From a virus: 64,000 bases of DNA. The first letter of the stretch is position 1. Each line of letters begins with the position of its first letter. The notes under the pieces are model-generated. The model worked only from the letters and a program-made list of their open reading frames with translations, did no database searches and had not been told where the DNA came from. A program made the translations under genes and the position numbers. Shown here one piece after another: positions 27,228 through 37,651 of this stretch. Location: positions 21,487 to 85,486 of IMG/VR virus record IMGVR_UViG_3300031963_000063. The stretch is one strand, 5' to 3'.

Positions 27228-29039
27228 TTAAGATACGTTACTAATTGTTATATTATTAAAAGTTTTATTACTTGAAGCTGGAAGACCTATACGTATGTAT
27301 AGTTGACCAGTTCTAGTAGTTGCACCGAAAGTAATTCTTTTCACAGTGGCAGTGCTATTACCAACTACCAGTGCAGCTGCTCCATCTGCAGATGGACTTG
27401 TTCCAGGTGAGAATGCTGCATTACCGTCAATCCACCCAGTAACTCCTTCAATTTTTGCATAGATTTTAATACCACTCATAAGTGCACTACTACCAAAGTT
27501 AGAAGAACCAGTAAAAGTTAAATCAAAACTACTACATGCGGTAACAGATTGTGGATTAAACGTTACCCACCGATCACCAGCGCCCATACCAGTAGCATAG
27601 TCTGGTCCCACTACTGGAAGATTATTGGTATAAGTACCACTAGGCCATTGGAATTTTCCATTTAGAAACTGAAGTTCATTAGTATATGTTGTTTTTAAAT
27701 CAGCATTAGAATCATAAGTAGAAGTATATCCAGTTGTTGGATACTGACCTGTTCCAGAGGGTTTTCTACTATTTTCGTTAGTGGCAGATAATGTATCAAC
27801 TCTTACTCTAAGTGAATGTGTCGCTGTTCCTGAGGATCCTTGTGAGTTATAACTCGTTATTGTTATAGTATTTGTTTCTGAATACTTGTTACTTCCAACA
27901 GTAAGTGGCAAATCTGAAACAGTTACTGCTGCACTGGGGGTTTGAGTTCCAGTGAGAACTCTTGTTGCACTTGTACTTAAAATTGTGGATGCACTAACTT
28001 CTGCGATTCTGGTGGTATTATAAAAACTTTTTATTGCATTGTTAACAGTAAAATTGACAGAAAATGTTGATCCAAAACTCACTGTTGGAACACCACTAAT
28101 ATAGTGTGAGGTCGTATTTGGATAAGTTGTACTAATTCCAGTAACAGTTGTGGCTACTGGATCATCCACATAAAATGTCAAATTTGGGGTGCTTCCAGTT
28201 CCACTATGCGTAAGGTTATATGTATGAATACCAACAGACAATGAAGAAGCTGGAACTATTCTTGCGGTCATTTGTTTCCAGAATCCTTCTTTTCCAGCTT
28301 GACCAGAATAAGGATCTGATTCTGAAACAACATTTAAAGAACCGAAAGTTCCGGTATTAGTTGCAGTTGTCAATGCAGTTGTTCCTACACCAACATTATC
28401 AATAAATGCTGTTAGAGTTCCAGAATCAGCATCATAAAAATTAGAAGTAGTATTTGTCGCAGGAGATGCACTGTTAGTAACAATAGTTCTTACTGTTCCG
28501 GTGCTTGTTTGTGTTGCAGAATAAGATGATGCAAGAGAAAGAGTTAAAGTTGATAAATTAGCTGGTTTTGATGGTGCAAGTTTATTTAAAATCTCATTAA
28601 CTTCATCAATAGCATCAGTAACTGTAGTGGTTGGAGTAAAAGATAATAGACCATCGGCAAAAGAAGTGTCAGTGGGTGTCCCAAGTGTAATTCCTGTACC
28701 CACACTAGAACCACCACCACCACCACCTTCACCACCAGAGATCGTAATAGTGGCAACACCATTAGAGAATACTGCAGTGGCACCTGCACCAACAAAATTA
28801 ATAGTTGTTGCTGTTCCTACATTAGCACCTTCTTCTTGAACAACAACGCCAGATCCTGTTGCAGTAACTCCAGTAAGACCAGAACCATCCCCAACAAATG
28901 ATTGTGCGGTTATAATTCCAGTATTAATACGAATTCCACTAGATGAAATAGTGGCACCAGATCCAACAGTAAGAGTACTTGCATTGATAATATTTCTACT
29001 ATCATCAATAATAGTTGATCCTGATATCTTAATTGCCAT
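27228..29039 (-). CDS. Tail fibre-related structural protein
   Basis: MAIKISGSTIIDDSRN N-terminus typical of cyanophage fibres; shared QEEG module. Confidence 0.65.
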   Translation of the reverse strand: MAIKISGSTIIDDSRNIINASTLTVGSGATISSSGIRINTGIITAQSFVGDGSGLTGVTATGSGVVVQEEGANVGTATTINFVGAGATAVFSNGVATITISGGEGGGGGGSSVGTGITLGTPTDTSFADGLLSFTPTTTVTDAIDEVNEILNKLAPSKPANLSTLTLSLASSYSATQTSTGTVRTIVTNSASPATNTTSNFYDADSGTLTAFIDNVGVGTTALTTATNTGTFGSLNVVSESDPYSGQAGKEGFWKQMTARIVPASSLSVGIHTYNLTHSGTGSTPNLTFYVDDPVATTVTGISTTYPNTTSHYISGVPTVSFGSTFSVNFTVNNAIKSFYNTTRIAEVSASTILSTSATRVLTGTQTPSAAVTVSDLPLTVGSNKYSETNTITITSYNSQGSSGTATHSLRVRVDTLSATNENSRKPSGTGQYPTTGYTSTYDSNADLKTTYTNELQFLNGKFQWPSGTYTNNLPVVGPDYATGMGAGDRWVTFNPQSVTACSSFDLTFTGSSNFGSSALMSGIKIYAKIEGVTGWIDGNAAFSPGTSPSADGAAALVVGNSTATVKRITFGATTRTGQLYIRIGLPASSNKTFNNITISNVS

Positions 29040-29083
29040 TTACGTTACCGTCGTCGTGTTTCCACTGGGTATGTTATTATTAT

Positions 29084-32000
29084 TTATGATAGTTTTGACT
29101 TCAATTCATTTATTTGATTTTGCTGTTCTTTGACAACCTCAATGAGAAGACCAATCAAACCATTATAGTTAACAGACTTGATATTATCTGTTGAATTTCT
29201 AACTAGTTCTGGCATAATTTTTTCAATCTCTTGTGCAAGTACACCAGCAGAAGACTGACCATTTTCTTTCCATTCAAAATTAACACCACGAATTGACATC
29301 ACTTTTGCAAGTGGATCTTCAATCGTGCGTACATTATTCTTTAATGCAGCATCAGAACTTGAGTTAAAGTCTGTTGCAGTTACGACACCAGTTACAATAA
29401 TGCCACCAGCAACAGTCAAGGTATCAGTTGTCTTATTATAAGTTAATCCACTATCACCACCGAAGGTGGATCCACCATCGTTAAATTGAATTTGAGTATC
29501 AGAACCACCAGGTGTTCCTCCACCCCCGCCTCCACCACCAGAAATAGTAATCGTAGCAGTTCCACCAGAATAAGTGGCAGTGACACCAGAACCGACAAAG
29601 TTAAGTGTTGTCGCAGCAGTGCCTACATTAGATCCTTCTTCTTGAACCGTAAGAGAAGAACCACCACCTCCACTAGCATTAATAGTTACTTTACCAGTAG
29701 AACCAGAGATGGTGACATTAGTACCAGCAACAATACTGGTAACAATACCTGTTAGATTTACTCCATTACCAGTTGTAGTTAGATAAGTGTTAGCATCAGT
29801 AGAACCATCTCCCTTCAAGAATTCTGATGATGTGGATCCAGGTTTGACAAAAGAATTTGCTGTAATAATTCCTGTCGTATTAATATTTTCATCGATAGCA
29901 ACAGAAGTATTGCCAATAACCATGTCTCCATTTATTGCAGGAAGAACAACAACGGCATTGCCACCATATTGATTATGAGGTGCAGCTTGAAGTCTGGTAT
30001 AATGAGCATTTCCAATTTCACAGAATAGATCAATTCTTCCTGGATTTGAATCAGAACTTTGAATTTTTATCTGATTTGCTGCTGTTATAATTCCAACAGA
30101 AATACCATTAGTAGTGGTTCTTCCTCTAGTCGTTACACTATCTAAAGTATCAGTTTCGGTATAAGAAGTCAGATAAGTGCTAGAATCAACTGAACCATCT
30201 GCCTTTAAGAACTGTGATGAGGTACCACCAGATCTTACGAATTGAGATGCCGTTACAATACCAGTGTTTATTCTGATTCCACTAGGTAAAATTGTAACTC
30301 CAGTACCAACATTAACTCCACCAGTGACACTTAAAGTATCAGTGGTCTTATTATAAGTTAATCCACTATCGCCACCAAAAGTTGATCCACCATCGTTAAA
30401 CTGAACCTGAGTATCAGAACCACCAGGGTTAGTGGATCCTCCACCACCTCCACCAGAAATAGTAATAGTTGTAATCCCAGCATTGTAGGTTGCAGTAACT
30501 CCAGCACCAACAAAATTAAGAACTGTTGCTGCGGTGCCAACTTGACTACCTTCATCCTGAACAGCAATATTTGAACCACCACCTCCAGCATTAATTGTAA
30601 CTTGACCAGTAGAACCAGAAATGGTTACATTAGTTCCAGCAACAATACTAGTAACAATACCTGTTAGGTTTATTCCATTACCAGTCGTAGTCAGATAGGT
30701 ACTAGAGTCAACAGAACCATCTGCCTTTAAGAACTGAGATGAGGTACCACCAGACTTAACAATTGATGTTGCCGTTAAAAGACCAACAGAAATACCATTA
30801 GTAGTGGTTCTTCCTCTAGTCGTTACACTATCTAAAGTATCAGTTTCGGCATAAGAAGTTATATAGGCACTAGAGTCAACAGAACCATCTGCCTTTAAGA
30901 ACTGTGATGAAGTACCACCAGACTTAACGAAAGATGATGCCGTTACGATACCAGTATTCGTTCTTAAACCACTAGGGAGAATAGTAACTCCAGTACCAAC
31001 ATTAACCCCACCAGTGACACTTAAAATATCAGTTGTCTTATTATAAGTAAGTCCAGAGTCACCACCGAAGGTTGATCCACCATCATTAAATTGAATTTGA
31101 GTATCAGAACCAGAAGGCACCGAATTAAATGTAATTGCCTTAGAGAAGGTGGTTCCAATACCAGCAGATGCAACTTCTTTTGTCGTAATTGCAATGCCAG
31201 GTCCAGCAATAAATTCAATTGGCTCTTCACCAGTTGCCTTTAGTGTTCCTTGCCCATTAACATACCATGGGTTAAAGGTTGATTCAGACTGAATCAATAC
31301 CTCTCCACTACCAAGATCAGTTACGCTGAATGGTGTCTTAGCAAATCTAATTGCTTTAACATTTGATACTGCATCATTATTGTTTACTCCCGCAGTTCTT
31401 GTTCCGACTGTTAGGGCAAAACCAACTCCAGTAAGTCCAGAACCATCACCGACAAATGATTGTGCCGTTACAATACCAGTGTTTATTCTGATTCCACTAG
31501 GCAGAATCGTAACTCCAGTACCGACATTAACACCACCAGTAACTGATAAGGTATCAGTTGTCTTATTATAAGTAAGTCCAGAATCACCACCTAGAGTTGA
31601 ACCACCATCATTGAATTGAACCTGAGTATCAGATCCACCAGGAGCACCACTACCTCCTCCACCACCAGAAATAGTGATAGTTGTAATACCTGCATTATAA
31701 GTAGCAGTAACTCCAGCACCAACAAAATTAAATGTTGTTGCGGCAGTACCAATTTGAGTTCCTTCTTCTCTTACTTCAATTTGTCCTGAATATGTTGAAG
31801 AGTCAACTGAACCATCTGCCTTTAAGAACTGAGATGAGGTACCACCAGACTTAATAAGTGATGTTGCAGTTAGAACTCCAACCGAAATACCGTTAGAAGT
31901 TGTTCTTCCTCTTGTGGTTACAGAATCTAGAGTATCAGTTTCGGTATAAGAAGTCAGATAAGTGCTAGAATCAACTGAACCATCTGCCTTTAAGAACTGA

Positions 32001-35000
32001 GATGAGGTACCACCAGATCTTACGAATTGAGATGCCGTTACGATACCAGAGTTTATTCTTAAACCACCAGAAGTAAGAGTTACACCTGTACCAATGACAA
32101 GTTGAGTTACAGTTACTAAACCTACTGAAATACCATTACTGGTAACATTACCTCTAGTTGTAACACTATTGAGTGTGTCAGTCTCAGTATAAGAAGTCAG
32201 ATAAGTGCTAGAATCAACTGAACCATCTGCCTTTAAGAACTGAGATGAGGTACCACCAGACTTAACAAAAGATGATGCGGTTACGATACCAACAATTTTA
32301 ACATTGCCACCAACATCAAGTTTTGATGTTGGATCTGCAGATCCAATGCCGACTAATCCTGTTCCACGAATAGTTATAGCATTTAACTCACTAAGCCCAG
32401 TATAAAAAGCACCTAAAACAATAGCAGTTCTATTCGATCCACCGACATTTCCATCTGCATGAATCCTTATTCCACCAGTATATGAGTCATTTGAATCTAC
32501 AACTCCTAGATCCAGCAATGAATAAGTATTTGAAGGCCAAGGAGTGATATTTAATTTGTTAATTATATTAAAAGTATTGGTATTATTTGTTCTCAGGTCC
32601 TCAGATCTAATGCCGTCAGCACTAACATTTAGTTTTAATTGTGGAATATCTGTTGAGAAAATTGTAATTGGTGCAGTTGGATTTGTGGTTCCAATACCAA
32701 TAGATCCAGCAGCACCTACACGAATACCGCCTGTTGCTGTAACAATACCAGTTACATTTAGTTGTGGTGACTGTAAGGTTCCAAAGACAGTAGCACCATA
32801 TCCTGTGGTTTCAAACTTCTTGGAGGCATCATAATAAAGTTCCACTGCTCCGTTAGTAATAAATCTTGCTTTATACTCTGAAGCAGCAGTATTTCCAATC
32901 CATACCTCATTATCACCAAGAATAGCTAAATTTCCAGTCCCTTGATCTGTAATATAACTATTTGATCCATCATGAACAATTCTTAAATCATTTCCATCAC
33001 CAAAATACAGATTATTATTATCACCAAGTTTTACATCACTCTGGAATGTGGCAACACCAGAAACATTCAGTTGTCCTAATGTTCCAACCGAAGTCAGTGA
33101 AGAATTAACAACACCACTTCCAAGAGTAGTAGATGAAAGAACATTAGTACCATCAATCTCATAAACTTTACCAGAAGCAAGATTAAAATTCTCACTTGAC
33201 TTTAATGCTGTATTGGCATGATCATATAATAAGGTATTATTTGGTCCAATTTTAATACCAGCACCATCTGCTAATAAATCAGTAGTAGCAGTTGAGGCAA
33301 TACCAACAATAAAATCAGCAATTTCTAAAGAAGTGGAATTGATTTGTGTTGTAGTGCCATCAACATATAAGTCACCTTTAATTCTTACTGATCCAGTGTT
33401 ATCACCAACACCAGCGGGATCAATAATAACTTCAGAAGGACCACTAATAGTATTCTGAGTAATATTAATACCAACTCCAGAAGCACCAGTAGAAAGTCTT
33501 GTGGTTGCTGTAGCAATGCCAGAAATAAAATTAGTACTATTTAAAGTTGTGATAGTACCAACACCACTATAATTTAAAGTAGTACCAGAAATAGTAGTAA
33601 CTAATCCAGTAACAATATTACCAGTAGTGGCATTAAGAGTATCAATATTTCCAGTCGTATAAGTTGCTGTTGTACCAGAAATAGTGGTAACTAAACCAGT
33701 AACAATATTACCAGTTGTAGCATTGAGAGTTGCAATCGTAGCAATACCAGATGTAGTTAAGTTGGTTATAATGCCAGTCTTAACATAACCAAGATCAACT
33801 GAAGCAGTAGCAATTGTACCAATACCAGTTGTAGTCAGATTGGTTACAATACCAGACTTAATGTATGCTAAGTCAATTGATGCCGTATTGATAGTGCCAA
33901 TACCCGAAGTTATTAGATTGGTGACAACACCAGTTGCAATCGAAGCAATACCAGTTGTAGTCAGATTGGTTACAATACCAGTCTTAACATAACCAAGATC
34001 AACTGAAGCAGTAGCAATTGTACCAATACCCGAAGTTATTAGATTGGTTACAATACCAGTTACAATATTACCAGTCGTATAAGTTGCGGTAGAACCACTT
34101 AAATCAGTTATAACCCCAGTAACAATATTACCAGTGGTTGCATTAAGAGTGGTTATCGTACCAATACCAGTTGTAGTCAGATTAGTTACGATACCAGAAT
34201 TAACGTATGCTAAGTCAACTGAAGCAGTATTAATAGTTGCAATACCACTTGCAGTTAAGTTGGTTATAATACCAGACTTAACGTATGCTAAGTCAACTGA
34301 TGCAGTAGCAATAGTAGCAATTCCACTAGTGGAAAGGTTGGTTACGATACCTGTGTTAACATAAGCAAGATCAACTGATGCAGTATTGATAGTACCAATA
34401 CCAGTTGTGGTTAAATTGGTTACGATACCAGACTTAACGTATGCTAAGTCAACCGAAGCAGTATTGATAGTACCAATACCAGTTGTGGTTAAATTGGTTA
34501 CGATACCAGACTTAACGTATGCTAAGTCAACCGAAGCAGTATTAATAGTTGCAATGCCAGTGGTCGTTAAGTTAGTGACAATACCAGACTTAACATAAGC
34601 AAGATCAACTGATGCTATTGCAATCGTAGCAATTCCAGTTGTTGTTAAGTTGGTTACAATACCAGTCTTAACGTAAGCAAGATCAACTGATGCTATTGCA
34701 ATCGTAGCAATTCCAGTTGTTGTTAAGTTGGTTACAATACCAGTCTTAACATAACCAAGATCAACTGATGCAGTATTGATAGTACCAATACCAGTGGTTG
34801 TTAGGTTAGTAACAATACCAGACTTAACGTATGCTAAATCAACCGAAGCAGTATTGATAGTGCCAATACCCGAAGTTATTAGATTGGTGACAATACCAGT
34901 TGAGATTGTAGCAATACCAGAATTTAATTGACCATCAAATTTTAAAGCAGTTATAATACCAGTAAATCTAGAATCACCAAATACATCAAGCCTTGCAGTT

Positions 35001-37615
35001 GGATTTGTGGTTCCTATACCAATATTTTGAGAATTATTAATTCTAAATGCTTCTATATTATCAGTATTGAATCTGATTGTTCCATTAGAACCAGTATCAT
35101 CAATTGCAATAGAAGAATCTCCTATTTGTAAGGCACTGGTTTGAAGAACAGATGCTGTCAGAATACCACTGACATTTAGGTTACCATCAATATTAGTTTC
35201 GGAATTTCCCGATGGATTGATATTGATATCACCAGAAGTTGATGTGATCTCATTTCCAGATATCTGAATATTACCAACTGTCAGATAAGTTGGTGTTAAA
35301 GTATTTGTATTTGTCCCGTCCGTAACATTTAGATCAGAAAGACTATTAAGTGTAAAGTTCTGTCCACCAAAGTTTACAGTACCTGCTTCCTGATTGACAT
35401 AAAATGCCTCACCAACTCTAAAGTCTCCAGACTGGTCAATAGAAACAAAATAAACATTTGCATTATTAGAAGTTACAACCTCATCTGCTTGATTGACTAA
35501 AGATATGTCTTGACTAAAATCTTTTCCTGATCCAATGTGTCCGAAGTTAAATGCAAACAATCGGAGACCAACACCTGGTCCATCAGCACTAATACCAGTA
35601 TTACCAAAGACTACAGCAGATCCGATAGATCTCATTTCAGCACCAAACTGCTGATAGTCTGCTAATGTAATTTTAGTTGCCGTTGCAATTCCTACACCAG
35701 AACGAACCCAACGAATGTCTTGTGCTGGAATTGAACTATCAATAAAAGAAGTACTGGCAGATGCACCATCAAGATGGAGAAGAAGTTTATCACTACCATC
35801 AGAATTAAATTGAGTTGTTGATGGAGTGAAAGTTCCAGTATATCTTGCAGTATTTGAAATTCTAACTTCATCAATATAACCAACAAAAACATTGGATGAA
35901 GAACTATCAGCACCAATTGTCAGTTGTCCAGTGTTACCAATGGATGAAGAATTTGTTTCTGTCGTACCAAGTGCAGTTCCATTAACATAAGCAGTAATTG
36001 TTGATCCAGAACGAACTAATGCAATGTGTGTCCAGGTATTGATCGAAATCGAACCACCAAACGTTGTAGAAGCACTGCCAAAGAAATTACCAGTTACAAC
36101 TCCACTTTCCAATGAAAGGTGATATCTACCAGTTGTTTCGGTTCCTAATGAGAAAAGATAACGACTTCCAGTTACACTTGTTGGATAAATCCATGTTTCT
36201 GCTGTAAAGTTTCCAGAGAATGCAAAGTCTGATCCACCTTCACATCTCGCATAGTCTCCTGTACCATCAAGATATAAAGATGCAGTTCCAATCTTTTTCT
36301 GCAGTGTCGATAACTGGGCATCACCATAAGCAGTTACAGTCTTGCCAAGTCTCGATGTTGGGAGTTCAAATAGTCCCTCACCCTTACCAGTAATTGAAGA
36401 AAGACCAGTTGCTGAGGTATAACTCCTAACCGTACCAAATCCAAGTGCTTCTTTGTAAGATATATTACCACTGGTGGTTGCAGAACCTGCCATGGTAACA
36501 GAGAATGTATTAACTCCAACGTATCCAGTAACACGATAGAATCCATCTGTTGCCGTACCAGAAGTAAAGTCAGCAAAAACTCTATCTCCAACAGTCAAAC
36601 CATGGCCGACTCTGGTGATTGTAAGTGCAGTTCCTACTTGAGAATAAGTACCAGACCTATAGTTTGCTTCAAGGTAATAAAGTTCGTCATTCGTGGTTGG
36701 ATATCCAGAACCACCGGTAATAATTCCAGAAGTTTTAATTCTTACATAACCAGTACTTGCTACACCAACAGTTCCATCATATGCATGAATTCCTTTATCA
36801 GCAAGATAAGAGAAACAGTTGACCCATTCGGTTCTTGCACCGTTGGTCATCTCTAGTGCAGTGTTGTTAGGAGTGATAAATGTACACTCATTGAACAACA
36901 TTGCTGGTTCAAGTGTGTCTGTAGTAACGACACTACCATCAATTAATGCACCACGACCTGCTTTGTAAGTAGATGGTGGCGAATGTGGAGTATCAAATCC
37001 ATATGGATCTGTAGAGGAAGTGACTGATCCTCTGTTTAATACTGTTACTCTCTGAATGTATGGTGAACGAGTTGTGGTCTTACTGTTGTTTGCGAATCTA
37101 AAACCATAACCAGGTTCATAAAAATTACCAATACTTAAATCTTCAACTGTCGTTTCACCATTAAGCAAGAATCCATCATTCTGCTTTGTTCCTTCTGTTG
37201 GTTGAATGAATGTACCACGAAGACCAACACCTCTAATAGTTACACCAACTGGAACTGTTAGTGGAAAAATTTCAGTGAATGTACCTGACTGAACAAAAAT
37301 CGTATCACCAGACGTTGCAACACTCAGAGCATGTTTAAGTGTGGCATATGGTTCGTTTAAATTATTTCCAGTATTACCATCACTTCCATTTGTCGCAACA
37401 TAATATGTCTTACCTGGTGCATTTATACTTCCATCAAATCTAGTAGCACTAATGATTCCACTAGCACCATACATTGTAATTGCGGCACCTACTTGAAATG
37501 TACCTAATGGATTTGTTATCCCTACACCAACATTTCCTAACGGTGTTGCAATTAAAACTGTACCACCTACACCTACTTCTAGCCCGCGCTTTACCCTAAA
37601 GTTCTGTTCTGCCAA
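29084..37615 (-). CDS. Giant tail fibre (2843 aa) with LamG/concanavalin-like domain, tandem repeats and C-terminal S74 chaperone
   Basis: TTG start with GGGGA RBS; YYVATNGSD; FTAETWIYP...WTHIALVR...GYIDEVRIS (LamG); SDAALKNNV...GVLAQEIE (S74). Confidence 0.8.
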   Translation of the reverse strand: MAEQNFRVKRGLEVGVGGTVLIATPLGNVGVGITNPLGTFQVGAAITMYGASGIISATRFDGSINAPGKTYYVATNGSDGNTGNNLNEPYATLKHALSVATSGDTIFVQSGTFTEIFPLTVPVGVTIRGVGLRGTFIQPTEGTKQNDGFLLNGETTVEDLSIGNFYEPGYGFRFANNSKTTTRSPYIQRVTVLNRGSVTSSTDPYGFDTPHSPPSTYKAGRGALIDGSVVTTDTLEPAMLFNECTFITPNNTALEMTNGARTEWVNCFSYLADKGIHAYDGTVGVASTGYVRIKTSGIITGGSGYPTTNDELYYLEANYRSGTYSQVGTALTITRVGHGLTVGDRVFADFTSGTATDGFYRVTGYVGVNTFSVTMAGSATTSGNISYKEALGFGTVRSYTSATGLSSITGKGEGLFELPTSRLGKTVTAYGDAQLSTLQKKIGTASLYLDGTGDYARCEGGSDFAFSGNFTAETWIYPTSVTGSRYLFSLGTETTGRYHLSLESGVVTGNFFGSASTTFGGSISINTWTHIALVRSGSTITAYVNGTALGTTETNSSSIGNTGQLTIGADSSSSNVFVGYIDEVRISNTARYTGTFTPSTTQFNSDGSDKLLLHLDGASASTSFIDSSIPAQDIRWVRSGVGIATATKITLADYQQFGAEMRSIGSAVVFGNTGISADGPGVGLRLFAFNFGHIGSGKDFSQDISLVNQADEVVTSNNANVYFVSIDQSGDFRVGEAFYVNQEAGTVNFGGQNFTLNSLSDLNVTDGTNTNTLTPTYLTVGNIQISGNEITSTSGDININPSGNSETNIDGNLNVSGILTASVLQTSALQIGDSSIAIDDTGSNGTIRFNTDNIEAFRINNSQNIGIGTTNPTARLDVFGDSRFTGIITALKFDGQLNSGIATISTGIVTNLITSGIGTINTASVDLAYVKSGIVTNLTTTGIGTINTASVDLGYVKTGIVTNLTTTGIATIAIASVDLAYVKTGIVTNLTTTGIATIAIASVDLAYVKSGIVTNLTTTGIATINTASVDLAYVKSGIVTNLTTTGIGTINTASVDLAYVKSGIVTNLTTTGIGTINTASVDLAYVNTGIVTNLSTSGIATIATASVDLAYVKSGIITNLTASGIATINTASVDLAYVNSGIVTNLTTTGIGTITTLNATTGNIVTGVITDLSGSTATYTTGNIVTGIVTNLITSGIGTIATASVDLGYVKTGIVTNLTTTGIASIATGVVTNLITSGIGTINTASIDLAYIKSGIVTNLTTTGIGTIATASVDLGYVKTGIITNLTTSGIATIATLNATTGNIVTGLVTTISGTTATYTTGNIDTLNATTGNIVTGLVTTISGTTLNYSGVGTITTLNSTNFISGIATATTRLSTGASGVGINITQNTISGPSEVIIDPAGVGDNTGSVRIKGDLYVDGTTTQINSTSLEIADFIVGIASTATTDLLADGAGIKIGPNNTLLYDHANTALKSSENFNLASGKVYEIDGTNVLSSTTLGSGVVNSSLTSVGTLGQLNVSGVATFQSDVKLGDNNNLYFGDGNDLRIVHDGSNSYITDQGTGNLAILGDNEVWIGNTAASEYKARFITNGAVELYYDASKKFETTGYGATVFGTLQSPQLNVTGIVTATGGIRVGAAGSIGIGTTNPTAPITIFSTDIPQLKLNVSADGIRSEDLRTNNTNTFNIINKLNITPWPSNTYSLLDLGVVDSNDSYTGGIRIHADGNVGGSNRTAIVLGAFYTGLSELNAITIRGTGLVGIGSADPTSKLDVGGNVKIVGIVTASSFVKSGGTSSQFLKADGSVDSSTYLTSYTETDTLNSVTTRGNVTSNGISVGLVTVTQLVIGTGVTLTSGGLRINSGIVTASQFVRSGGTSSQFLKADGSVDSSTYLTSYTETDTLDSVTTRGRTTSNGISVGVLTATSLIKSGGTSSQFLKADGSVDSSTYSGQIEVREEGTQIGTAATTFNFVGAGVTATYNAGITTITISGGGGGSGAPGGSDTQVQFNDGGSTLGGDSGLTYNKTTDTLSVTGGVNVGTGVTILPSGIRINTGIVTAQSFVGDGSGLTGVGFALTVGTRTAGVNNNDAVSNVKAIRFAKTPFSVTDLGSGEVLIQSESTFNPWYVNGQGTLKATGEEPIEFIAGPGIAITTKEVASAGIGTTFSKAITFNSVPSGSDTQIQFNDGGSTFGGDSGLTYNKTTDILSVTGGVNVGTGVTILPSGLRTNTGIVTASSFVKSGGTSSQFLKADGSVDSSAYITSYAETDTLDSVTTRGRTTTNGISVGLLTATSIVKSGGTSSQFLKADGSVDSSTYLTTTGNGINLTGIVTSIVAGTNVTISGSTGQVTINAGGGGSNIAVQDEGSQVGTAATVLNFVGAGVTATYNAGITTITISGGGGGGSTNPGGSDTQVQFNDGGSTFGGDSGLTYNKTTDTLSVTGGVNVGTGVTILPSGIRINTGIVTASQFVRSGGTSSQFLKADGSVDSSTYLTSYTETDTLDSVTTRGRTTTNGISVGIITAANQIKIQSSDSNPGRIDLFCEIGNAHYTRLQAAPHNQYGGNAVVVLPAINGDMVIGNTSVAIDENINTTGIITANSFVKPGSTSSEFLKGDGSTDANTYLTTTGNGVNLTGIVTSIVAGTNVTISGSTGKVTINASGGGGSSLTVQEEGSNVGTAATTLNFVGSGVTATYSGGTATITISGGGGGGGGTPGGSDTQIQFNDGGSTFGGDSGLTYNKTTDTLTVAGGIIVTGVVTATDFNSSSDAALKNNVRTIEDPLAKVMSIRGVNFEWKENGQSSAGVLAQEIEKIMPELVRNSTDNIKSVNYNGLIGLLIEVVKEQQNQINELKSKLS
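33600..34900 (-). repeat. Coding tandem repeat, ~75 nt (25 aa ASVDLAYVKSGIVTNLTTTGIGTINT-like)
   Basis: More than 10 degenerate copies visible in DNA and protein. Confidence 0.85.
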
Positions 37616-37651
37616 GGTTCACTATCCCCTATGGTTCTTTTTATCTATTTA